A DNA stretch of 64,000 bases, from the NCBI GenBank assembly GCA_034110465.1, contig JAWUZD010000012.1:80017-144016 (forward strand). The letters are read 5' to 3'. Position 1 is the first letter of the stretch. Each line of letters opens with the position of its first letter. This DNA comes from Mesoflavibacter sp. Its GTDB lineage: Bacteria > Bacteroidota > Bacteroidia > Flavobacteriales > Flavobacteriaceae. Made by a program: the position numbers and the translations under genes. This document shows positions 38,462 to 46,730 of the stretch, in pieces. The notes under the pieces are model-generated. The model saw only the letters and a list, made by a program, of their open reading frames with translations, was not told the origin of the DNA and ran no database searches.

Positions 38462-39724
38462 TTTCTTCTTAAAATTAGCCAATACAAAAACAAATATTGA
38501 TGGTAAAACCCAAGCTAAACTATATTTAATTAAAGGAATTTTTTCAATTAGATTAATCACAACATTAGAACTATCAAAATCTAACGGAAATGCATCTGGA
38601 ATACTAAAAAGTATAGCTGTAATAACAACTGCTTTAAAAACAAATCCTGAAGTGTATTTATCTGGCAGCACATTTAGAATTATTAACACAATGGTTACTG
38701 GGTAAATAATCATTAAAATTGGAATAGCTATTTCAATAATAAAATCAACATTAAATTGCCCTATTAAAACACCAAAAACACAACTGAAAACTGCTGTTAT
38801 TTTATAAATTAAATTAGAGTTATTAAAAAAACCTCTAAAATAATCTGAGACTCCAGTTACAATTCCAACTGCAGTTGTAAAGCAAGCTAAGGCAACTAAA
38901 ATGCTTAAAAAAGTAGTTCCTATATAACCCAAAGTAGATGTGCTTAATTGTGTTAAAATTTCAATTCTTGATGCTTCTTTTGGGATTTCTGAGTTAAAAG
39001 AAGCGCCTAAAGCAATTAAGCCTGCATAAATTATAAGCAACCCGAAACCGGCTATTAATCCAGATTTTTTTATAATGTCTTTTTTAGCTTCAAAAGAAGT
39101 AAATCCTTTAAGTTTTAATGAGATTACAACAACACCACCAATTACTGCGCCTCCAATAGCATCGAATGTTTGATAACCTTCTAAAACACCAGATATAAAA
39201 GGCGTTTTAAATGTAGATGGATTTATAAGTTCTGGAGATGTAAAAAGTCCAATACAAATTATTGTTAATAGTATTGCTACAATTATTGGGGTTAAAAATC
39301 GTCCCATTAAACTCAAAATTCGAGATCTATTCAATACAAAAATCAATACTAAACTAAAATAAATTGCACTTGTTAATAATGCACTAGTTTCAAAATAAGG
39401 TTGAATAGACATTTCGTGCGTAACACTTGCGGTTCTTGGCGCAGGTAACAACACACAAATAACATAAATAATAAAACAATAAATGGTGGCAAATAATGGA
39501 GATACTTTTTTAGCAAAATCAAATAAAGAGCCTTGAAGTTTTGCGTGAGCCAAAATAGCTAATATTGGAATAATAACCGCTGTAGTTATAAAACCTAAAG
39601 TAACCAACCACCAATTTTCGCTAGCCTGAACACCTAAAAATGGAGGTAAAATAAGATTTCCAGCACCAAAAAACATAGAAAAAAGTGCAAATCCAGTAAT
39701 TAGTATTTCTTTAGTTTTATTCAT
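38453..39724 (-). CDS. brnQ: branched-chain amino acid transport system II carrier protein
   Basis: 423 aa with about 12 TM helices. The N-terminal FALFSMFFGAGNLILPPFLG motif is typical of BrnQ/LIVCS. Confidence 0.9.
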   Translation of the reverse strand: MNKTKEILITGFALFSMFFGAGNLILPPFLGVQASENWWLVTLGFITTAVIIPILAILAHAKLQGSLFDFAKKVSPLFATIYCFIIYVICVLLPAPRTASVTHEMSIQPYFETSALLTSAIYFSLVLIFVLNRSRILSLMGRFLTPIIVAILLTIICIGLFTSPELINPSTFKTPFISGVLEGYQTFDAIGGAVIGGVVVISLKLKGFTSFEAKKDIIKKSGLIAGFGLLIIYAGLIALGASFNSEIPKEASRIEILTQLSTSTLGYIGTTFLSILVALACFTTAVGIVTGVSDYFRGFFNNSNLIYKITAVFSCVFGVLIGQFNVDFIIEIAIPILMIIYPVTIVLIILNVLPDKYTSGFVFKAVVITAILFSIPDAFPLDFDSSNVVINLIEKIPLIKYSLAWVLPSIFVFVLANFKKKSI

Positions 39725-39759
39725 TTTAGGAATTTATCTTTACCGAATATAGAACAAAA

Positions 39760-40536
39760 ATGATTTTAGAACACAAAAGCGCCAAAATATTTTATTCCGT
39801 AACTGGTGTTGGAGATCCAATTGTTTTACTTCACGGGTTTCTTGAAAACACAACTATGTGGAATAACCTTATTGATGATTTATCTAAAAAAAATCAAGTT
39901 ATAACTATAGATTTATTAGGTCACGGACAAACGGATTGCTTAGGCTATGTGCATACAATGGTAGATTTTGGAGATGCTGTAAATGCAGTTTTAAATCACT
40001 TAAAAATCTCAACTTTTAAAATCGTTGGACATTCACTTGGCGGATACGTTGCTTTAGCCTTAGCAGAATTAAATCCAAATGCGATTAAAGGTCTATGTTT
40101 AATGAATTCTACAACAGAATCAGATGATAAAGACCGAATAACACTTAGAAACAGAGCTATAAAAACTGCTAAAAAACAATATACTAGTTTAGTATCTATG
40201 TCTATTAATAATTTGTTTTTTGAAGCGAACCGCAATGCTTTTTCTGATGACATTGAAAGCCTTAAAATTGAAGCTTTAAAAACACCTATTCAAGGCTATA
40301 TTGCTGCGCAAGAAGGAATGAAAGTTAGGTCTAACCAGACTGAATTTTTTAAATCTTCAAAATTCAATAAATATATTATAGCTGGAAAAAAAGATCCTGT
40401 TTTAGATTTTGAAGCGATTAAAAATATAGCGTATAGTTGTAATGCTAATTTTATAGGTTTAAATGGCGGACACATGAGTCAAATAGAAGCTTTAGCCGAT
40501 TTAAAATCGGCCTTGCTTCAATTTATAAACACTTAA
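39760..40536 (+). CDS. alpha/beta hydrolase
   Basis: 258 aa. Oxyanion HGF (LLHGFLEN), nucleophile elbow GHSLGG, C-terminal His (GGHMS). Confidence 0.8.
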   Translation: MILEHKSAKIFYSVTGVGDPIVLLHGFLENTTMWNNLIDDLSKKNQVITIDLLGHGQTDCLGYVHTMVDFGDAVNAVLNHLKISTFKIVGHSLGGYVALALAELNPNAIKGLCLMNSTTESDDKDRITLRNRAIKTAKKQYTSLVSMSINNLFFEANRNAFSDDIESLKIEALKTPIQGYIAAQEGMKVRSNQTEFFKSSKFNKYIIAGKKDPVLDFEAIKNIAYSCNANFIGLNGGHMSQIEALADLKSALLQFINT

Positions 40537-41585
40537 TTTTCTTCTTGAAAGTTTTTCCAACCTTGCGCTTGTAACTCTATTTTTGTTTCGCCACGGGTTA
40601 CTAAATGCTTTCCAAGCTCAGGTTCTGTCATATAACCAATAACCGTAAAGTTAGGATTTCCTTTTATTTTTGGAAAATCTTCTTGAGAAATAGTCATTAA
40701 CAATTCGTAGTCTTCTCCACCATTTAAAGCAATAGTTGTACTATCCATATTAAATTCTTCGGCTGTAGAAATTACTTGTGGATCCAACGGAATTTTATCC
40801 TCATAAAGATCGCAACCAACATTGCTGTGTTTACAGATATGTAGAATTTCAGAAGATAATCCGTCGCTAACATCTATCATACTTGTTGGTTTCACTTCTA
40901 AGTCTGACAACAACTTAATAACATCTTGCCTTGCTTCTGGCTTTAATTGACGTTCAAGAATATAGGTATAAGCATCTAGGTCTGGTTGACTTTGTGGATT
41001 TACTTTAAAGACTTCTTTTTCGCGCTCTAAAACTTGTAATCCTAAATATGCCGCGCCAACATCTCCTGTAACAACAAGTAAATCATTAGGTTTTGCGCCA
41101 GTTCTATAAACAACATCTTCTTTTTCAACTTCACCTAAAGCTGTAATAGAAATTGTTAATCCAGATAATGATGATGTGGTATCTCCACCAACAACATCTA
41201 CGTTATATAATTTTGCTGCGGTTTCAATTCCTGCATATAATTCTTCTAAAGCTTCTAATGGAAAACGATTAGAAACTGCTATTGAAACAGTAATTTGAGT
41301 AGCGGTTGCATTCATTGCAAAAACATCGGACAAATTAACCACAACAGATTTATAACCTAAATGTTTTAAAGGCATATAACTTAAGTCAAAATGCACACCT
41401 TCAACTAAAAAATCTGTAGTTACAACCACTTGTTTACTTCCAAAATCAAGCACTGCAGCATCATCTCCAATACTCTTAATGGTTGATTTATGTTTAATCT
41501 CAAAGTTTTTTGTTAAATGTTCAATTAGGCCAAATTCACCTAAAGTATTTAAATCCGTACGTTGTTGGTTTTTATCCTCTATCAT
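40533..41585 (-). CDS. thiL: thiamine-monophosphate kinase
   Basis: 350 aa AIR-synthase-like fold. LGEFGLI, IGDDAAVL, TTD.LVEGVHF, GGD, DVSDGL. It overlaps the convergent hydrolase gene by 4 nt. Confidence 0.9.
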   Translation of the reverse strand: MIEDKNQQRTDLNTLGEFGLIEHLTKNFEIKHKSTIKSIGDDAAVLDFGSKQVVVTTDFLVEGVHFDLSYMPLKHLGYKSVVVNLSDVFAMNATATQITVSIAVSNRFPLEALEELYAGIETAAKLYNVDVVGGDTTSSLSGLTISITALGEVEKEDVVYRTGAKPNDLLVVTGDVGAAYLGLQVLEREKEVFKVNPQSQPDLDAYTYILERQLKPEARQDVIKLLSDLEVKPTSMIDVSDGLSSEILHICKHSNVGCDLYEDKIPLDPQVISTAEEFNMDSTTIALNGGEDYELLMTISQEDFPKIKGNPNFTVIGYMTEPELGKHLVTRGETKIELQAQGWKNFQEEN

Positions 41586-41740
41586 ACTGCAAAATTAAGT
41601 AATCTTTAGCAATAGACAAATTTTGTTTAACCGTACTTTTTTATCGATAAAACAAACAATTCGAATGTTTTAACATTATTCAATTGTGAATATCTTAATA
41701 ATTTTATATTTTAGTTGCCAATTCAACAAACCCCATCCAA

Positions 41741-43261
41741 ATGCAGGTCAAAAAACTACTTACTTTATTATTAATATTACCTTTTTTTTCTATTTCGCAA
41801 GTACAAGAATGCACTAACAATCTAGCTGGCGGAATTTACCCATGTAATGATTATGATTTAATGTCTAATATTCCTATTTCTGTATTAGCAAATACAAATG
41901 GAAACCCAGAAGGTAGTGATGTTTGGGGTTGGACAGATCCACTTAACGGAAATGAATACGCAATAATTGCGCTTACAAACAGCACTGCTTTTGTAAATAT
42001 CACAAATCCTGTTAATCCAGTATTTATAGGTCGTTTAGATTCTAACGCAGGTAATAATTATTGGAGAGATGTAAAGGTTTATAATAATTTTGCTTTTATA
42101 GTAGCAGACAATGTTGGTTCTCACGGAATGCAAGTTTTTGATCTAAAAAGATTAAGAACTGAAACACCATTAAATCAAACTTTTTCTGCAGACTCTATTT
42201 ATACAGGTGTTGGTAGTTGTCATAACATTGTTATTAATGAGAGTGAAGCAATTGCTTATCTTGTCGGCTGTAGTTCTACAAATGGTGGAGGACCAATTTT
42301 TATAGATTTATCAGAATTTTCTCCAACTTCCTTAGCGCCTAATCCAACAGCAAATTTTATCAACGATTATACAGCTGGTGGATATTCTCATGATGCTCAA
42401 GTTGTAACCTACACAGGTCCAGATACAGATTATTATGATCCTGCAAATGGAATTACTGATAGACAAATTTATATTGGAAGTAACGGAAACACAGATAAAG
42501 TAGTTATTTTAGATGTAACCGATAAAAACAACATAATTCCTATTAATTCATTTACCTATACTCAAACTAGATATGCGCATCAAGGTTGGTTTACAGATGA
42601 TCAAAAATATTTTATTATGGGCGATGAAGTAGATGAACAATCTATAGGTTTTAATACTAAAACAATAATATTTGATTTTACAGATTTAGACATAGATTTT
42701 GATGATGCTGCAAATTCAGGCTTAACTCGATTTTATTTTGGTCCAGAAAGAGCTATAGATCATAATGGATATGTAAAAGGAAATGAGTTTTTTCTTGCTA
42801 ACTATAGAGCTGGAATGCGAGTTTTAGATATTTCGAATATAGATAACCCATCACTAAACCCAATGACAGAAATAGGTTATTTTGATACATATCCAGCAAG
42901 TAATTCAGCTAATTTTAATGGAGCTTGGAGTGTTTATCCTTATTTTAATAGTGGAAACATTATAATTAGTGATATTGAACGTGGTTTATTTGTAGTTAGA
43001 AAAAGTAATACACTAAGTACTCAAGAATTTAATACTGAAAACAGTATTAGCTTGAGTCCAAACCCTGCAAAATCATATTTTTCAATTAAATCTAATACTA
43101 CAATAAAGAGTGTTCGTATATATAATATATTAGGTCAAATAATCTTTAAAAAGGAGCAACTAAACACTAAAACCCATAAAATTAATACGTTAAATATCAC
43201 AAAAGGTGTATATTTAGTGAAAATTAACAATCAAATAACTAAAAAATTGATTGTGGAATAA
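41741..43261 (+). CDS. 'choice-of-anchor B'/LVIVD-type beta-propeller protein with T9SS C-terminal sorting domain
   Basis: 506 aa with a signal peptide (LLILPFFSISQ). Core motifs shared with its neighbour: GSD.WGWTDP, WRDVK.YNNFAFIVADNVGSHGMQVFDL, GSCHN, GYSHDAQV, YAHQGWF, AIDHNGYVKGNE, LANYRAGMR, WSVYPYFNSGNIIISDIE. The last ~75 aa (LSPNPAKSYFSI...KGVYLVKI) are a T9SS CTD (43037-43258). Confidence 0.65.
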   Translation: MQVKKLLTLLLILPFFSISQVQECTNNLAGGIYPCNDYDLMSNIPISVLANTNGNPEGSDVWGWTDPLNGNEYAIIALTNSTAFVNITNPVNPVFIGRLDSNAGNNYWRDVKVYNNFAFIVADNVGSHGMQVFDLKRLRTETPLNQTFSADSIYTGVGSCHNIVINESEAIAYLVGCSSTNGGGPIFIDLSEFSPTSLAPNPTANFINDYTAGGYSHDAQVVTYTGPDTDYYDPANGITDRQIYIGSNGNTDKVVILDVTDKNNIIPINSFTYTQTRYAHQGWFTDDQKYFIMGDEVDEQSIGFNTKTIIFDFTDLDIDFDDAANSGLTRFYFGPERAIDHNGYVKGNEFFLANYRAGMRVLDISNIDNPSLNPMTEIGYFDTYPASNSANFNGAWSVYPYFNSGNIIISDIERGLFVVRKSNTLSTQEFNTENSISLSPNPAKSYFSIKSNTTIKSVRIYNILGQIIFKKEQLNTKTHKINTLNITKGVYLVKINNQITKKLIVE

Positions 43262-43269
43262 ATTGAAAA

Positions 43270-44628
43270 ATGAAAAAACAACTATTCTTATTTGTCGCAT
43301 TTTTATGCTTCTCAATTGTTTTAACTTCATGTAAAAACGATGATGAGTTTATTACAACTAATACAAGTATTGATTCTGATGGAGATGGTATTCTAGACAG
43401 TTTAGATAATTGTCCTAACACTTCTAATCCTGACCAAATAGATAATGACGGTGATGGTATTGGGGATGATTGTGATAGTTCTCTAAACCCTTTATCTCCA
43501 TGTATATTAGGAATGGCTGGAGTTTACCCCTGTAACGGATTAGATTTAATGGGGTACATAGATGCGGATACATTAACTGGTGGAACTGGTATTGATGGTA
43601 GCGATATTTGGGGCTGGACAGATCCAATAACAGATCGAGAGTATGCTATAATAGGTATGGAAAATACAACTGCTTTTGTAGATGTAACAAACCCAACGGA
43701 TCCAATATTTCTGGGAAATTTAAACAGTTCTGCTGGTTCAAATTCATGGAGAGACGTTAAAACTTACAATAATTTTGCTTTTATTGTGGCTGATAATGTT
43801 GGATCTCATGGTATGCAGGTTTTTGATTTAACCAAACTTAGAAATATAATAAACCCTCCTCAAAATTTCACCCAAGATGCTTTATATACTGGAGTTGGAA
43901 GCTGTCACAATGTAGTTATTAATGAAAGTGAAGGGGTTGCTTACCTTGTTGGTTGTAATTCTACAAATGGTGGAGGGCCAATTTTTATAGATATATCATT
44001 ACCTACAAACCCAACACTAATAGGAGATTATACTGCTAGCGGCTATTCTCATGATGCACAAGTAATAACTTACAGTGGTCCAGATCAAGACTATCAAGGA
44101 AAAGAAATTTATATTGGAAGCAATGGCAATACAGATAAAGTTGTTATTTTAGATGTTACAGACAAGAATAATGTAATACTAATAAGTGATTTTACTTACC
44201 CTCAAACTGCTTATGCGCACCAAGGTTGGTTTACTGAAGATCAACGTTATTTTATTTTAGGTGATGAAGTAGATGAAATTAACTTTGGATTTAATACAAA
44301 AACATTAATTTTTGATTTCTCAGACTTAGACAACCCTTTACTTTCATCTAACTTCTCTGGAACTACAAAAGCAATAGACCACAATGGCTATGTTAAAGGC
44401 AATGAATATTATTTAGCAAATTATAGAGCAGGAATGCGTATTTTTAATATTGATAACATTGGTGCAGCATCTAATGCCTTATTAGAAACGCATTTTTTCG
44501 ATACATATCCGCCAAATGATAATGCTAATTTTAATGGAACGTGGAGTGTTTACCCATATTTTAATAGTGGAAACATTATAATTAGTGATATTGAAAAAGG
44601 ATTATTTATAGTTAGAAAAAATAATTAA
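43270..44628 (+). CDS. 'choice-of-anchor B'/LVIVD-type paralogue, lipoprotein with N-terminal thrombospondin type-3 Ca-binding repeats, no T9SS domain
   Basis: 452 aa with lipobox VLTSCKND. DSDGDGILDSLDNCPNTSNPDQIDNDGDGIGDDCD (43372-43476) is a TSP3 repeat pair. The remainder is collinear with 41741-43261 and has long identical peptide blocks, while the DNA differs at many synonymous sites. Confidence 0.65.
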   Translation: MKKQLFLFVAFLCFSIVLTSCKNDDEFITTNTSIDSDGDGILDSLDNCPNTSNPDQIDNDGDGIGDDCDSSLNPLSPCILGMAGVYPCNGLDLMGYIDADTLTGGTGIDGSDIWGWTDPITDREYAIIGMENTTAFVDVTNPTDPIFLGNLNSSAGSNSWRDVKTYNNFAFIVADNVGSHGMQVFDLTKLRNIINPPQNFTQDALYTGVGSCHNVVINESEGVAYLVGCNSTNGGGPIFIDISLPTNPTLIGDYTASGYSHDAQVITYSGPDQDYQGKEIYIGSNGNTDKVVILDVTDKNNVILISDFTYPQTAYAHQGWFTEDQRYFILGDEVDEINFGFNTKTLIFDFSDLDNPLLSSNFSGTTKAIDHNGYVKGNEYYLANYRAGMRIFNIDNIGAASNALLETHFFDTYPPNDNANFNGTWSVYPYFNSGNIIISDIEKGLFIVRKNN

Positions 44629-44630
44629 TT

Positions 44631-45959
44631 ATGAAAACACCCCATATATTTATAATTCTGATTTGTTTAATACAATTTGGTTGTAAAAATGATGACGATC
44701 AAATTCTGAATGCCTCAGTAATTGGAGATCTAGAATTTGCTCAAAATTATGGGGGACAAAAAAACGAAAGTGGTCAATCTGTTGTTGCTACTTCTGATGG
44801 TGGCTATGCTATTTTAGGCTATACACAATCTACCAATGGTGATATTACAGACAAAAATGAAGATAGTTTTGATTATTGGTTGCTGAAATTCAATGAAACC
44901 AATGAGTTGTTATGGACTAAAACCTTTGGGGGCACTTTAGACGATAGAGGTAATGATATTGTTGCCACACAAGATGGTGGATTTGCTATTACAGGTTATG
45001 GTTCTAGTAGTGATAATGATATTGATCTAAATAATGGAAATCAAGATTTTTGGATTTCTAAACTAGACTCCGATGGAAATATAACCTGGGAAAAATCTTT
45101 TGGATATAATGGTTCAGATAGAGCATATTCAATTATTCAAACTCAAGATCAAGGATTCTTAATTTCTGGAGTTTTAGATGTTACAGCTTCTGCTGGAGAA
45201 GGCAATAGTAAGAGTTATTTTACAGAACATGCTGGTGGAGATTATTGGGCTATAAAACTAGATAATAATGGAAACCAAGAATGGACTAAGTATTTTGGAG
45301 GAAATCTGTCAGATGATCCTTATGGAGTAACACAAACTTTAGACGGTAATTTTATTCTAATAGGTTCTTCAGATAGTGAAGATGTCGATATTACGAACAA
45401 CAAGGGTTCTTATGATTATTGGGTAGTATCCATTTCAAACTCCGGAATATTACTTTGGGAAAAGAATTTTGGAGGAACAGAAATAGATGAAGCAAGAGGA
45501 ATTACAAATACTACGGATGGAAATTTCTTAATTATAGGAAACACAAGAAGTAATGATATAGATATCTCTAATAATATTGGAGGTTCTGATATTTGGTTAA
45601 TTAAAATATCTCCATATGGAGAATTACTTTGGGAAAAAACAATAGGTGGAACAAGTTTCGATATTGGTAATAGTATTAGTAAAAGTATAAATGGGTATAT
45701 AATTTCTGGTGCATCTAGAAGTTTCGATGGAAACATAACTAGTAATAATGGTCAAAATGATGGATTCGTAGCAGAAATCAATGAAAACGGAGATCTTCTT
45801 TGGGCAAAATCTGCTGGTGGTTCAGACGAGGATTTAATATATGATAGTACTCAAATTAATAATGGAACAATTATATCTGTCGGAGAAACAACAAGTAACG
45901 ATTTCGATTTAAATAATAATAAAGGATTTACAGATTTATTAGTCTTAAAAATTAAATAA
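44631..45959 (+). CDS. lipoprotein built of seven ~55-aa repeats (SBBP-like beta-propeller)
   Basis: 442 aa with lipobox IQFGCKND. Seven tandem units follow the pattern W.K.FGG...D.....I..T.DGGF.I.G.T.S.D.DI..N.G..D.W..K....G...W, for example TKTFGGTLDDRGNDIVATQDGGFAITGY...DFWISKLDSDGNITW. Confidence 0.6.
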   Translation: MKTPHIFIILICLIQFGCKNDDDQILNASVIGDLEFAQNYGGQKNESGQSVVATSDGGYAILGYTQSTNGDITDKNEDSFDYWLLKFNETNELLWTKTFGGTLDDRGNDIVATQDGGFAITGYGSSSDNDIDLNNGNQDFWISKLDSDGNITWEKSFGYNGSDRAYSIIQTQDQGFLISGVLDVTASAGEGNSKSYFTEHAGGDYWAIKLDNNGNQEWTKYFGGNLSDDPYGVTQTLDGNFILIGSSDSEDVDITNNKGSYDYWVVSISNSGILLWEKNFGGTEIDEARGITNTTDGNFLIIGNTRSNDIDISNNIGGSDIWLIKISPYGELLWEKTIGGTSFDIGNSISKSINGYIISGASRSFDGNITSNNGQNDGFVAEINENGDLLWAKSAGGSDEDLIYDSTQINNGTIISVGETTSNDFDLNNNKGFTDLLVLKIK

Positions 45960-45964
45960 AAAAA

Positions 45965-46726
45965 ATGAAAAAAGTATTAGCCCTATTTTTAGTCATTACA
46001 TTGTTTTGGAGTTGTGGAGAAGATCTAGATGATAATGTTTCGACACAAGCAAATGTAAAATTTAATCTAACTCATTCTTTTGGAAACACAGAAGTAACTT
46101 TAGACAACTTTACAGATTTAGATTTAACTAATGCAAATGGTGAAGTATTAAATATTGAAAGAATAAGATACTTGATTTCAAGAATAGAATTAGTAAAATC
46201 TGATGGTGTTACATATAGATTAAAAGATTATAATTTCACAGATTTATCAGATAGTTCATCATATAATTTTAATGGAGATATATCAATTCCTTCAGGGATT
46301 TATACTTTAAGATTAGTTTGGGGGTTTAATGAAGAAGACAATTTAGATGCAGCGTATACAGATTTAAATACAGCTTCTTGGAACTGGCCTGCAATGCTTG
46401 GTGGCGGTTATCATTTTCTTCAGTTTGATGGAAAATACAATGTAAACACAACTACGCCATCATCATTTAATTATCATAACGGAACAGCTAAAAAAGCAGA
46501 TGGCACTTTTGAACAAAACTTTGCAACCATAGACTTACCAACAGCTATTTTTGTAGAAAACACAACATCAATAGAATTAAAATTCGATATTTCTGAATTA
46601 TTCAAAAACCCAAACACTTGGGATTTAAATGTATTGGATACACCTTTAATGCCAAATTATGATGCTCAAAAAATGATGCAAGCTAATGTTCAATCAGTAT
46701 TTAGTATTGGAGAAGTAACTAATTAA
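45965..46726 (+). CDS. mbnP: MbnP-like lipoprotein (partner of the downstream di-haem enzyme)
   Basis: 253 aa with lipobox LFWSCGED. It sits 4 nt upstream of a di-haem peroxidase-family gene, the canonical mbnP-mbnH order. RIRYLISRIELVKSDG and WNWPAMLGGGYHFLQFDG resemble MbnP family blocks as I remember them. This is not verified by search. Confidence 0.45.
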   Translation: MKKVLALFLVITLFWSCGEDLDDNVSTQANVKFNLTHSFGNTEVTLDNFTDLDLTNANGEVLNIERIRYLISRIELVKSDGVTYRLKDYNFTDLSDSSSYNFNGDISIPSGIYTLRLVWGFNEEDNLDAAYTDLNTASWNWPAMLGGGYHFLQFDGKYNVNTTTPSSFNYHNGTAKKADGTFEQNFATIDLPTAIFVENTTSIELKFDISELFKNPNTWDLNVLDTPLMPNYDAQKMMQANVQSVFSIGEVTN

Positions 46727-46730
46727 AATA

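Noticed and set aside
41586-41740. Possible TPP riboswitch upstream of thiL (minus strand), or a regulatory RNA in the 155-nt divergent region.
   Set aside because: The conserved TPP-aptamer elements (CUGAGA and the ACCUGAUCUGGAUAAUGCCAGCG-like core) are absent on either strand. The region is simply AT-rich promoter DNA for the two divergent units.
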